A stretch of 56,300 bases of DNA, filler included, from Catajapyx aquilonaris (lineage: Eukaryota), in the NCBI GenBank assembly GCA_000934665.2. It is 4 parts of 4 records of this genome, joined end to end, with 100 filler letters (N's around TTAATTAATTAA, not from the genome) between each part and the next. Parts side by side here need not be neighbours in the genome. Positions count along the whole stretch, not along the records: positions 28,204 to 42,198 come from JYFJ02007916.1; 3 more parts are not named here. One strand, written 5' to 3'. Each line of letters begins with the position of its first letter. Position 1 is the first letter of the stretch. A program made the position numbers and the translations under genes. A model generated the notes under the pieces. The model saw only the letters and a list, made by a program, of their open reading frames with translations, was not told where the DNA came from and ran no database searches. Shown here in pieces: positions 28,204-40,116 of the stretch.

Positions 28204-28880
28204 TGCAAGTAATGTTCACGAAAGACATCATAGATTTTAAGTCATGGTGGGTGTTGTACTACAAGAAGACCAGCTCTGCTGTGTCAGAGAAGAAGAAGAA
28301 AGTACAATGGGCCATTTCACAGTACAACATGTTGGTGTATGAAAAAACGAGTCCTGGTGTGGTTGCTGCCTATGATTGGATCGATGGGCTAGTGAATACC
28401 AAGTTTGTGTTTGCAAAAAAGACTCAGTGCGTTCCACAACTACCGAGTAGGGCCGCGTACAGTGAGGCCATACCCATCAATGTAAAGAAAATGGCAGATG
28501 TTAAGAAAATAGTCAAATACATTCCAGCCAAGTATTCTGCATTTTTCGATATCATTTTGGAATGGCCTACAACCAATGCTGACAAAGATGGGGAAGATGA
28601 TTGAGGACAGTGGCATGTGGGGGTATTTTGGAAGATCAGTTAACAGTACGGTGGGGAAAAGTGGAAAAACCACCAAAGTCCAACTGGTTATATCATTTGT
28701 TTAAAAATCAATAACACGCCTATTATTATTTTTTTGAATAAATGTATTTGGAACTATTCAGTCTTTCATGGAAATAAAATTTACCACAGTCCCATTATTT
28801 TTCCGAGTGTTATACATTTATTTAAGGCTTCCCAACATTACAGTCAACCTGACTTAAGTTGTTTTTCCTTTGACCGATTC
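28204..28880 (+). mobile_element. 3' end of a Sola1-like DNA transposon: transposase C-terminus (ORF to 28604) and probable right end
   Basis: C-terminal motif PINVKKMADVKKIVKYIPAKYSAFFDII resembles Sola1-type transposase tails. AATAAA motifs follow, then GACTTAAGTTGTTTTTCCTTTGACCGATTC|AAAT (AWWT-like flank). Truncated by the gap. Confidence 0.55.
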
Positions 28881-29460
28881 AAATAAAACCTAACCTAACC
28901 GGGGTTATGTTTATGTTATGGACTATATTGGTCGGAGGTAGACCCGTTGGTTCGAAAACTCTACAATGGCGCCGGGTCCTACTTTCCACGTTTTCTGCTC
29001 GAGGTCCAACACACCCTGTCCAGCTAAGTATAACTCAAGAGACCGGTTGACTCATAAACTTTGTTCCCAGTGTATCGACAGGCAACACCTCGTGTATTGG
29101 ATGGACCTTTTCTGGCGTGAAAAAACCTTGCAGCATGTGGTGACCAGTGTAAACCCGTATTACACTAGAGGGGTGTGCTTTACCCCTACGTGTAATTGGA
29201 GTCCAATTTGCATGGCTCTACTTGACTCATGGAAGAAAAATTGGCCTTCCCCAATCTCATGACCGCAACGTGCGCAGAACCTACTGATAAACATGTCCCC
29301 AAGCAGAGGGCTTGTACAGTCAACGCCATTGCAGTGATCCACGTTGAACGAGTAGTGTATATGGTCAAATACACTCTCGGATACAGGTCTGACCAACCTG
29401 TACCAGTGAAATTAGAGACTGGACGGAATACTTGTCCCATCATGCCCTGCTCCCGCTTGC

Positions 29461-29496
29461 TATAAAAGCGGATTCACGCCACTCACCACCTCATTT
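29461..29496 (+). promoter_or_regulatory. TATA box plus initiator-like core promoter upstream of the protease ORF
   Basis: TATAAAAG at 29461-29468 and TCATTT (arthropod Inr TCAKTY) at 29491-29496, at canonical spacing. Confidence 0.55.
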
Positions 29497-29556
29497 AGGA
29501 ATCACATCACTAATCTGCCTCCTGCGTTCCAGAAGACACATATTATCCTGCAGACA

Positions 29557-30201
29557 ATGGCTGTGTCTACCACCCAGTATGACAACCCGCATCTGCTCAC
29601 CGCCACCACCATCCAACTGACGATTGGCGCCCTAATGTTGCCGGCTTTGGTAGACAGTGGCGCAGTGTCTTCAACCATCACTTTGGCAGTCTGGGAGGCC
29701 CTCCCTGGTACCCTGCAATCATCATTGGAGGCTGAGCATCACGTAACACTCCGGATGGCAGATAAGAGCCAGGTCCATCCGTTTGGCCGAATCACGTTAC
29801 CTGTTACCATTGGTAACGCCACCTTCATGAAGTCTTTCCTGGTCGTCACGAAGTCTGTACTTCCTGGGGTTTTCGGCGGGGACTTGATCGCCGAACTGCG
29901 AGGCAACTTTGATTGGACCTTCATGCAGTTTTTCGGCACCATCTACTCTGAAGAATCACATGCCCCTTGCATGCAGGCTTTTCAAGTCCCTTTCCGGATG
30001 TTCGCACCTCTGGGCGAACTACCGTCCAGTTTGGACCACACCCACTCTTCGGTATCTCCCTGGAAGACCCCTTGTGAATACGACGTCTCCACCTCCGCCT
30101 CCTATCGGTTTAGAGGAAACATCCAGGGCATTTCGTCAAGTTTCATGATTCTCGTGGAAAACGAAGACTACCGCCTGGAAGCAGCCACACCACACAAGTA
30201 A
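29557..30201 (+). CDS. Stand-alone retropepsin-like aspartic protease (Ty3/gypsy-type), 214 aa
   Basis: ALVDSGAVSSTIT active-site motif, LRMAD flap-like segment and VFGGDLI structural motif. The stop codon runs directly into a 14-A tract (30200-30213). Confidence 0.75.
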   Translation: MAVSTTQYDNPHLLTATTIQLTIGALMLPALVDSGAVSSTITLAVWEALPGTLQSSLEAEHHVTLRMADKSQVHPFGRITLPVTIGNATFMKSFLVVTKSVLPGVFGGDLIAELRGNFDWTFMQFFGTIYSEESHAPCMQAFQVPFRMFAPLGELPSSLDHTHSSVSPWKTPCEYDVSTSASYRFRGNIQGISSSFMILVENEDYRLEAATPHK

Positions 30202-30620
30202 AAAAAAAAAAAATCACGCCAGCCAACCACAGGAGAGGTTTTTGGAAATGTTTTTGGATCTCGGGTCACCCAGAAAATGGTGGACGCAAAAATCACAGAG
30301 TATGGTGATGTGGTTGGAAGTGCTGGATAGTCATAGTTGATGGTGTTTTATTTGCCACGTGGGCCGTGTGCGGAATAAACTTGCTTGGTCTCGGAATGGG
30401 TCTTTACTTGTAGGCCTACAGTATCTTTACTTGTTGTAATTTGTAATATGTTTACTTGTACAGTACATTACTTGTACTACAGCGTCTTGGAGGAGACGGT
30501 AATTTTTTAATATTTAATTTTTAACTTATAAAAAAATTCCAGTTTAACGTTTTAATTGTTACATCAATTAACTATTTGGTTAACTTTTCCCACCTTTGGT
30601 TATTCCTGCCACATCTATAG

Positions 30621-31190
30621 CAGACTTTGTGGATGGAAAGTTGTTGGGGAATGGTTCAACTTCACTGTTGAACCAATTGATTACTCGAATCGAGAATGGA
30701 AATAGAAAAACGGGAGCCCATCAGTTCTAGAGAAAAAGGCCTGAAAGCCAAAGCCAAAGAGCCAGACGGCCAAGCCATCAGGGTAGGTCACCTGACGGCT
30801 ATGAGGGCTGTCAATTTTCTGCCTCCCACCTATATCCGGAGGACGGGGGGAAGATGAGGAAAGCCAGGAAACTCACAGGCAGTGGCTTAAGACTGAGCAT
30901 GCAAAGAAGGAGAGGGAATCAAGCAAAGTGAAGGAGATTATGCAACTCACTTACAGAAGCCAGAGACCAAGTATAACAAAAGACGGAAGCATTGCCACGC
31001 TTAAAGACAATTGGACTTTTGTTTGAGAAGCTTGGCATGACCCAGCATTTCAGTCTGCTCATGGGATTTGAGCAGGAGGCACTGCTCACTGAGCAGTTAC
31101 GGTCAATGGTGCCTAAGATCATGGAATTCTCAAAGGTTTCAAAGAAGAAAGATGTGCAGGTTTCCCTTAGGAAAGGCCAAGATGAATTCT
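30621..31190 (+). pseudogene. Frameshifted fragment of a SAMD3-like accessory protein of animal EnSpm/CACTA-type transposons
   Basis: Manual translation across frameshifts: GNGSTSLLNQLITRIENGNR / VNFLP / EDEESQETHRQWLKTEHAKK..IMQLTYRSQR..I..LKDNW / LFEKLGMTQHFSLLMG. Confidence 0.55.
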
Positions 31191-31377
31191 GTGGCTCCGT
31201 GCATGAAACCAATAACCCACATTTTCAACATCTATGGACTGCTGTCTGTTAGTGGGTAAAATCTCAAAGCTGGGAGTAGATCCGGTTTCAACCGATACGT
31301 GACAGAAGCATTTCAGTGGCTATAACGTCACATACTGTTCCGTGCATGAAACATATAACCCACATTGCACTAAAAAG

Positions 31378-31977
31378 ATGGCTTCCACGAGCAAGGAAGT
31401 CAGCGGCGGTGCTCGCAAAATGCTCCTGTCTCCGGATGAGGAAGAGGATTCTGAGCAAGGTAATGATAGGACCATGCTTTTTGTGTGTTATATAATAACG
31501 TCCTGTGACAAGGCCTTGGGAAAGCCACTAAATAATCTCAAAATAATGTTACAATGCAGAGAGCGATCTAGAGCTCAGCAGTGATTCCAGTTGGCAGCCA
31601 ACAGATTCAAGTAGTGATGAATCTCTGGAAGGATCTGACCTCAATGTGGCTACTGGGTCTTTGGAAGTAAGAAATACAGATCCAGCTGCAGAAATAGGAG
31701 CAGAAGGTACGATATGCATGTTGCACAAGAGATCACTTAATGGTAAAAATAACATCCATTAGAGAGTGCAATATTTTGGGGGGTAAAGTATTTTGCAGGC
31801 GCCATTGCGTTTTGTGAGGAAAATCAAGATAATGCCACTAGAGGTCTCAAAAGGAAACGCCAACCTCATCAATGGGCAAGAAATGTGAGGTCAGTAAAAC
31901 GCATTCATGGCGAGAGCAATGTTGGATTTAGAAATATACCACGTGATGCTGCAAAAGAAGGACCAGAGTTCCCTTGA
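31378..31977 (+). pseudogene. 5' part of a spliced Sola1-like transposase gene (exons 31378-31459, 31560-31706, 31799-31977), truncated
   Basis: Two phase-1 GT-AG introns join an acidic N-terminus (SSDSSWQPTDSSSDE) to RGLKRKRQPHQWARNVRSVKRIHGE, a motif typical of Sola1-type N-termini. Preceded by a direct repeat at 31197-31223 and 31340-31366. Confidence 0.55.
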
Positions 31978-32101
31978 TTCTCGATTATTGGGAGATTCCA
32001 CAACTCAGGGAACGAATTATGAACCTGTTAATGAAACATCTGGAGAACAGAGACAGGATGTTACATCTACCTGTGAAGTAACGGAAAGATTTACGTGAAT
32101 T

Positions 32102-32810
32102 GAGTGCCCAGTATGTGCTAATGGTGACAAACCAAGTGGTGCTCATACATGCAAGCCCGGGGAACATGAGGGACATCTGTAGACAGTGCCGAAGCATGCC
32201 TTCGGAACAACTCCACACGATTCATGAAAAATATTCCCAAGATAATAATTGGAAGGGTGTCAGCACTAGGGGAAAGAAGAGGAAAAGGTTCTCAACATTC
32301 TAGATGCAGGGATGGAAAAACTGGAGGATTCTTTAATAAGCAGACTGGGCCTCCGGGAAAGTTTTCCATGCACTGCTGCTGGAACAACTCCGTGCAATGG
32401 GAGTAGGACACGATCTGTGACGATGGGTTCCCACTTATTTGTAGACGTAGGCGTGAGCATTTCATTTATTAATCAAAATTTTCAGTAACTTTGCTCAATT
32501 TACTTACTTGAGTAAAAATGGTATTTCGTTGTAGGGAGACAGACATCTCTGACGAGCAGCAAAATTCCGAATCGGAATCGTTCATTGTCCTGTATGCAAT
32601 ACCTACGCAGCTATTGATGCCTGCAAACTCCACATTCTCACTTCGTGGAGTTGCCTTTCAACCGCCCCTGTCACCTACCGCTACAGGACATTACATTGCA
32701 TTTTGCAAACGGTTGAATGGACAATGGGAATGTTACAATGACCTGAAACAGAAGACTCACGTGTCAAGCTCGAAAACGGAAGTGTTCCCCAACCTGCTTC
32801 TGCAGCAGGA
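32102..32810 (+). pseudogene. Fragments of a NOF/Ginger-like transposon protein with a Cys-rich motif and a USP(C19)-like peptidase His box
   Basis: ECPVCANGDKPSGAHTC at 32102-32152; FSLRGVAF...GHYIAFCKRLNGQWECYNDL in ORF 32518-32928. Confidence 0.55.
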
Positions 32811-33186
32811 CCTATCTGGCGCCGATCCGGAGGCTGTGAGTCAGCGATGCCATTCGATGGTCCAGGGACATATATACGGACCACCGAGCCGGGGCGCGTA
32901 TTTACAAAAGCTCAACAGTACAGAATAGGACCTAAATCCAGGCCTCCCATTGGCTCCCTCCCGAAGGAAGGGGAGTGGAGGGGCTGGGGGAAGTGCTCAA
33001 ATGTACGCCTGATAATGCGAAATAAATTAATTTTTTTAAAAAAAGCAAACGTAACCTTAAAAATTAACGCCGTTAAAAGCATAAATATTTGATTCATCGC
33101 TCGGAATAAGCAGCTGTGCTTTAAAACACCTGCAGGCCGTCGCCACGCGATCCGACTTGGTACCCGACAAAGGTATACCCGCGGTC

Positions 33187-33384
33187 ATGTCCACAATTAT
33201 GTGTGAACTTGATGATCTAGGGGCTACAGCGGTCAAAGATGTGGACAGGTCTACAGATGAGTGCCAGGTGTGGAGGGTGAACCTGAAGACAGCAGAGGAA
33301 GCTGCCAGCTGGGTGAAAAAATACTCAGCCAAGACTAATACCCGCTGGAACACATATTCCGAAATTAAAAATCCCACTCGGTGA
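33187..33384 (+). pseudogene. First-exon fragment resembling the N-terminus of MULE/SWIM-type transposon proteins
   Basis: WRVNLKTAEEAASWVKKYSAKTNTRW followed by a GTGACT donor-like site; motif recognition only. Confidence 0.4.
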
Positions 33385-33779
33385 CTTTACCAGTTTACAT
33401 TACATTTTAGTAATAGTAGGTGGTACACTGGTTCGGGTAATTTTGCAGAAACGCCCGCCCAATAAGTACGGACTCAATTTGGATTTTAGTAAATTCATAA
33501 TATTCGAAAGTATATCACTCCAGCATTAGTCCTAGTAAAGCCCTTAACTTGCCCGAATTTATTGGTGAGTCTTATGCACAATTACTGTGGTTTGCGTGGC
33601 GATTATTAGAACACGCCATTATGATGCCGATAATCTCGCTTCATTTGAGTCTCAGTTGTGGTATCTTGTGGTTGCAGCTTCATTTTTCACAAGATATGGT
33701 GTTGTCACCTTGGGGGGGGAAACAAGACTCAGTCACGTGCCGAGTATGTTGTATCCTTGCAATCCATTCCTGTACAAAC

Positions 33780-34055
33780 ATCAGTGATGGCTCCTATCGA
33801 TTTTCTGGAAGAAGAACTACAAATTTCCCAATATGTGAATAAGATCGTTCGTAAAACGAAAGACAGCCCCGTCAACGAAGCCCACGAGCAGAAAGCTGAG
33901 GAATTTCCCTGGTTCTTCCTGTTCCCTACGGCGTCAATGGTTTACGGGAGGAGACGATAACTGTTAGAATAACTCCCTTGGACTACTTTCATTTCAGAGT
34001 GCTTGGCAATGACTTCAGGTTTCAAAGCAACGATGATCTCTTCTATGCTGTTTGA
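33780..34055 (+). pseudogene. Helitron/Helentron Rep-region fragment (frameshifted)
   Basis: AEEFPWFFLFP/YGVNGLREE..RITPLDYFHFRVLGNDFRFQSNDDLFYA matches the LFPxG...YF..R....D.RF......F.A pattern of the RepHel N-terminal region. Confidence 0.65.
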
Positions 34056-34228
34056 ATACTATCGAGTCAAGTCCACGATTACAGCCTCCAACGCAGTCAA
34101 ACGTCAGTGAGATCCCATCATCTAGCTCATGCTCGACTGACACTGACAGAGATTCGATCTTCCCTTCACCAACCAGAAAAAAGGCCACACTCTCCGACGA
34201 GGCATCAATTGACTGAGCCAGCAAAGAG

Positions 34229-34519
34229 GTGCTGGAAAATTTTAAACAGTGGTACATCCAATCAAAGAGTGATGCTGAACGGCTTCAAATATTGTCTCCT
34301 GCTCCTCGCCAATCGTGGTCCAAGAGGCATGTAGTTTCATACCTCGGCTGCTCATCAAGGAAAGTCCGCATGGCACGCGAGCTTAGTGTCGGAGAGAAAC
34401 CTGGACGAAAATCGGGAAGAACTCTATCAGAGGAAACTGTTGCAGTTTTTCGTGACTTTTACGAGTGCGACGAGAATTCTCGCGTTATGCCAGGAATGAG
34501 GGATGTAAAATCAGATTAG
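34229..34519 (+). pseudogene. Sola2 transposase N-terminal fragment
   Basis: RLQILSPAPRQSWS...ARELS...GRTLSEETVAVFRDFYECDENSRVMPGMRD matches the Sola2 QILT..P.SWS / FY..DE.SR.MPG.KD pattern. Confidence 0.7.
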
Positions 34520-35067
34520 AAATGATAAGTGTGCATGGGTATGTTTCAACAAAACACTTGTTGTTCAGGAAGTAATGTTGATCTTCGCCATCATTCCCCT
34601 CCTCTTTCTCCTTCAGAGTGTGTTCATGCATCGCGTGTCTCTGAGAAGAAAGATGGCTCGTCTTAGAATGCGCAGTAGAGCAGAAAAGTCCCTTTCAGTG
34701 AGTGAAGTGATTCAGCACGGGGCCAGTACTGCCCAAATGGAACTTGATGCCAACAGTGCTCTCCAAGAGTTGCAAGTAAGCACTTTTTTAAAGAAGTAAT
34801 TGTGTTTCTAAATGATCCAAAGGTACATCAAGATAAAAATAATTCTATTGTTATCTGGGTATATGTGTGCAATATACATATTTTATAATGCTTAATTTTG
34901 ATTAGTTCACATAATTTATTTATGCATATTTAAGCTCTGATTTAAACATTAAGTATCTTACAGTTTTCCATAGCTGTCAATAATCGTTTTAATATCTTTG
35001 TACCACAATTTTTATTGCATTGATCTTTATTGAGAGCAGTGATTTATTATGTGTATCTTGAATTATA

Positions 35068-35276
35068 CAGAGTGTCAACTTTTTTGTCCGAACAGTTATC
35101 GGAAAAGCCTATGTATCTTCTAGCTATGTAGCCAGAATATGCCCCAACATTCCTGGCACATCCCTCAACTGATAAAGCCAGGGAAGCATCACTAGTTGCA
35201 AGTCACTGGTAAATATATAAGCAGCTTAGTGCAATATTTCCAATAATTGTTCGGACAAAAAAGTTTTGACACCCTG
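35068..35276. mobile_element. Tc1/mariner-type MITE
   Basis: TA|CAGAGTGTCAACTTTTTTGTCCGAACA ... TGTTCGGACAAAAAAGTTTTGACACCCTG|TA; imperfect TIRs of about 38 bp. Confidence 0.8.
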
Positions 35277-35556
35277 TATTGCGGACATGTAAGTGAAGGG
35301 AAAGAGAAAATTACCTTGGATTTTATATTCGTATGATCAACCCATCTAATGTACACGATACACACAGCTGTCCAGCAGGAAGATATGACAATATGCTGTA
35401 CAAATAAAGAAGTAGAACATCCAGATGTGACATTTGCCAATGTTTTGAGGACAATCCATAGGATCAATAATGAATGTCACGGATAATCCATAGCATCCAG
35501 GATGGATGTTGTGGATCTCCATAACCAAGGGAGGAAAATGAAATGATGTACAACTG

Positions 35557-35790
35557 TTGCAAGAGTCACTGTCGACGCCCTCAAGAGCAAAGAAAATTCG
35601 AAATGCATGGAGAACAGCTCAACGAGAAAGACCTGTGCACCCGATGACACCGGGCAAGGCTTTATCTTTGTATGTGAGTGCAAAACTTACGAAGGCTCAG
35701 TACATAAAAATTCGCAAGTCAGCTGTAGAGGCCAAAAAATGTTGCTATCCCTCAAATACCACAGTAACAGACACACTTGCTGAAGTCGGT
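35557..35790 (+). pseudogene. Transib (RAG1-related) transposase fragment with internal deletion
   Basis: STPSRAKKIR...ALSLYVSAKLTKAQYIKIR..EAKKCCYP..VTDTLAEV matches Transib N-terminal motifs; the usual YPSY segment is missing. Confidence 0.7.
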
Positions 35791-36555
35791 GAAGGCGAAA
35801 ACATGTACAGTGAGTTTTCAGTGCACTTTTTACTTGATATGCAGTATTGTATACACTACGGCACATGAAATATACATCACAGTCCACAGATGCCAGTGAC
35901 CTTAACATTGCACCAGACTAAAATGCATTTTCTAACTTAAGACATGTTTCATGCTAAATGCCATGAATTTTCAAACTCCTTCACGCAAAGGACACCAGCA
36001 TCTGGTGTACCTGTAATTTAAGTGTCAGATGAAAATAATGAATCGCCATTCAAATATAACAAAAGCTGATGCATCTCAATTAGTGGCTACCCTTTTATTC
36101 ACCTTTGCAGATCCAAACATCAAGAAAGGGGGGTAAGGGGTGGGCAAACGCTAACTGTCAGCACAACATAAGATCGGAGGTTACTTCATAGAAAAACCAT
36201 CATAAAGAAACACTCATTGCCCAGCCAAAACGACGTTAAGGCTGAGGAGGTTTATACACATCTCCCAAGAGTCGTTTTGAGACTTTGCACTGGCTTTACT
36301 AGTGCCCGTGCGGCCGAGCCTTATTACCTGCCTCTGCCTGCCTGCTATAGGGACCGTGGAGAAGGTAAGCGCTGCCGTCTGGCGGCGACTTAGGCGAAAC
36401 CGGGAATGAGTTGTCATCGTGCCAAGAAGGGAAAGACTGGCATTGGGATTGTTTTTCTGCACGAAAATTCCTTCTCCTGCCGGTTTCATCGCTTCAATTA
36501 AGTTGGTAGTCACCAAACCAGATCACTACGTTGCGACGTGTCGCAAGGACGCAAC

Positions 36556-38196
36556 ATGGCGCCACCTGAGGCCGTAAAAAGTACCGGTATCGTAAAAAGT
36601 AACTCTTGCTGTTGCGTGTTTGGATGCAATCACAAGTACAGCAAATGTCCAGAAGGCACCAGATTCTTTGGATTTCCCCATCCTGTCAAGCATGCAGCTC
36701 GTCGAAAGGCCTGGATCCAAGCTGTGAAACGCAATAAGTAAGTATTCCCCATGTATTTTCAGGTTGTACAACGTACCAAGTAGGCCTAATAATATCAATA
36801 ATTTATGTAAGTGAAGGCCACACCATACTGCAACATTTTAATCAATGTTTATTCCATTAGCAAAGATGGCTCTCCCTGGACACCAACAAGAAATCATCTA
36901 GTTTGCAGCACCCACTTCGTTGGAGGAGAACCAAGAAACGATCCATTGAATCCTGCATATGCCCCTTCACTCAACATGAGGGGATCCCAGCTGAAGCATG
37001 ATGCACCATTCCGCAACACAGGCAGATTTGATCGGCAGACAAAACGTCAGAAGCTTGTGCAGGACTTGGCTGGAATTGAGTGTCCAGAGGATGATCTGCA
37101 ACCCTCACACAGGGACATGGGATGCCAAACTGAAGTGACAGAAACACCATTGTCAGGGTTTATTTTTTATTGCACACATATAAGTCCAAATGAGGGAGAT
37201 AAAGATGTAGGCAAGCATGATGCACAAACACAAGTGAACATACCCACAAATGAGAGTGTACATACTAGTACTGCAACTCAAATTGTTTCACAATGTGGTA
37301 CTCAGACTGACGGCAATACCTTTGCAGGGCATAGCATGTATGATAAGCTAGACAAACAATGTGACGCAACACTGAAAGACATTACTGGAGTGTGCTGGGC
37401 AGTTTACTCAGTACTTCTTTCATTTTTGCCCAACCGTAGGAAAAACAGTGTTGACAGACACAACAGCTTACTCTTGTTCCTCATGAAAATGAAATTAGGC
37501 TTAACATTTTCAGCATTGGGGGTAATATTCGGTGTTCATCGCACCACAATTTCTGCCCATTTTAAAGTAAACTTAAAAATTTTGTATGAGAAGACTCGAG
37601 CTTTCATTTTCTGGCCAAGTCCATGGGCAATCGAAAAAACCTTGCCTGAGAGCTTTAGAATGACATACCCTAAATGTTGTGCAATCATCGACTGCACCGA
37701 AATTGCCGTTGAAAGACCGAATTCAGTTGCAAAGCGAGTCCTGATGTACTCGCATTATAAAGGTACATTTACGGTGAAGGTACTCATTGCCATTACACCA
37801 AGTGGTTGCATAAGTTTTGTTTCCCCGTGTTACGGTGGAAGAACCACTGACAGTTACATCACAGTCAATTCAGGTTTTCTGGAACAAATCAAAGCAGGAG
37901 ATGTCGTCATGTCCGACAAAGGCTTCCCCCAGATTAAAGCCCATTTAGAGGATAAGAATGCTGTATTAATACTGCCACCATTTGCAAATACTAATGGTGA
38001 GCAATTCACACCAGCACAGGTACAGGAGACTTACAAAATTGCATCCATCCGAATTCATGTGGAACGGGCTATTCAGCGAATAAAAGTTTATCGCATCATT
38101 GCAAAGCTGACAGATGACCTAGTACCATTTGCAAATGAAGTGGTACACATGGCAGCAGTCCTGGCAAATTTTAGCAAACCATTGGTTACTAAGTAA
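36556..38196 (+). CDS. THAP-HTH-DDE (DDE_Tnp_4/Harbinger-like) transposase, 505 aa. Exons: 36556-36737, 36861-38196
   Basis: THAP: CCVFGC..FFGFP..RRKAWIQAVKR / W.P....VCSTHF. HTH: LLLFLMKMKLGLTFSALGVIFGVHRTTIS. Catalytic triad motifs IIDCTEI, MSDKGF, RIHVERAIQRIK. Phase-2 GT-AG intron 36738-36860. Confidence 0.92.
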
Positions 38197-38303
38197 TATA
38201 ATTGTATGTACAACTTTCACACATTATTGTTATAAAGTAGAAAAGAACATGTGCAGTACAATGTAGCTACAGAATCTGTAGCAAACAAAAATCTACAACA
38301 CTA

Positions 38304-40116
38304 CTATGTACTGGTCAATAAAGGCAAGTATTCTTGAAAATAAAAACTCTCTAATTTGGGAATCACGTCGTGCAAAAACTCATTGGATCGTACAACAACC
38401 ACATTCACGCTACCCAGGGGGGAGTAAACGTACAGGTGGCACACACTTAACTGCAAAATGTACAGAGAGACTTGCACTTGTGTGTAGTATCTGTGTGAAA
38501 CCTTTAATGTCCAACTACCTTCACCATCCTGCTGTAAATATTCTAGGTTGCTAATACCACCCTCCACAACACTCTGCTTCTCACACCTGCTGGGACACTT
38601 GATCTCCAAAAGAATCATCCCCTCCTCTGTGAAGACCAAGCCGTCTGGGCTGCAGCAAAGCCATGGTTGTTTTGAGGAAATGTACACTCCAATGTGCGCG
38701 ACACAACACTTGTACTTGGTTTTGTACTCAGCCAAGGCCACTGGCTCCATGATAATTCCATACCGCATGGATTTTGTGCACACATTTTTTGCATGCAAAA
38801 ACCTTGCCGCCAGGAGGTCAAAGGATTTCCTCCTTGTCTTGATGTCATGAGCCTTAGACCCTGCTGACACTCTCACCTTCCTTTCCAATTCCCAGTACCC
38901 CTTGATGTCCTGGTGCTGGTCTCGTGTCATCACTGCAACTCTTCGTATGTCGTCAGCACTCAGGGAGATCTTCGAAGCATAGTAGTCTTGGTTGGAGCTT
39001 GATAGACTATTGAAGAAGTCATGACGAACCAACTTCACTTTTGTTGCACACTCCGACTGAACAGGGGCGTACAAGTGATAACTCACACCTGCACTACATC
39101 CTTCCTGCAACAGATCTAACGCTTGTTCCATCACTTTAGTTTCTGCATCATCCGCAGCTCTTGCAATGAGGCTGTCTATGACTTGAGACACAACAATTCT
39201 TGCCTCGCTCTCACACTCAGCCTTTAAAACTCTTGACAATGAGCAGTCTATTCCAGAAAGTACTTGCAGGATTTGCTGCGCAGTCCAGTCTGATGTCGTG
39301 TGAACAGGAGGTGGCAGGTGCTGGATTTCTGAAAGGGTTGTCCCCTTCGCATACTTCCCCAGCTGAGTTGCAGTTGGCATCCCCCATTGTCTTGCTTCTG
39401 TCGTAACAGACTGGTCGCGTTCCAGGTTCACCGCATTCACTGCTGCTGCTACATGTTTGCAGGTGCCACATGCTCCACCCTTGCATGAACAGTGTGCACT
39501 GACAATGTTCCTGTCACAGTCAAGCTAGAATTGGAAATTATAAATGTTTACAAAAAATGGGGTTTCTCTTGTACAAAATGTCTGCATGATAACCCAGAAA
39601 TAGCCAGTCTGCCAGTTAATTGTAGTTAAAATGTGGCGCAGCAGCTCTGAAGTGTCAAGGGTCCTTTACTTATATTCCATTATTGCTACTGCGAGCTTGC
39701 ATCACTTGTTGTTTGAAGTCAAATGAAAGTACATTTACTTGCATGTTTTCCAGGCTAACTCAAACTGTGGCCACAATAAGTGGCTCCTGGCCAGATCTCT
39801 GGCCAAAGCTAGGTCGTTGTACTGTACAGTACCAAGAGCTCTTATTGACAGTACTTACACTAATGCGGAACCTGTAAGGAGCCTTGTTGACAGACGTTTC
39901 CGGTACGCAGGTACCGGACACGGTGCTGTCGTCTCCGAGCGAAGGAAATTCCTCCTTCAGATGCCCGACATGCCCGGCATTGTGCAGGTCCAGGCCGTGC
40001 TGAAGGACTCCAGGCCGAAGATACCCCCGTACATGAATGGGGCGAAAGCCAACGGCGATCGTGACTACCGGGGCGGCCCTGATAGTCGGCCCTGAAGAGT
40101 TTCTGGCGTCTCCCAT
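38304..40116 (-). CDS. SWIM zinc finger + YqaJ/lambda-exonuclease-like protein, about 492 aa. Exons: 40116-39859, 39524-38304
   Basis: A phase-0 GT-AG intron (39525-39858) joins PYRFRIS to LDCDRNIVSAHCSCKGGACGTCKHVAA (SWIM). PD-(D/E)xK motifs: WELERKVRVSA, MRYGIIMEP, PWLCCSPDGL, LLEIKCP, YYTQVQ. Confidence 0.9.
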
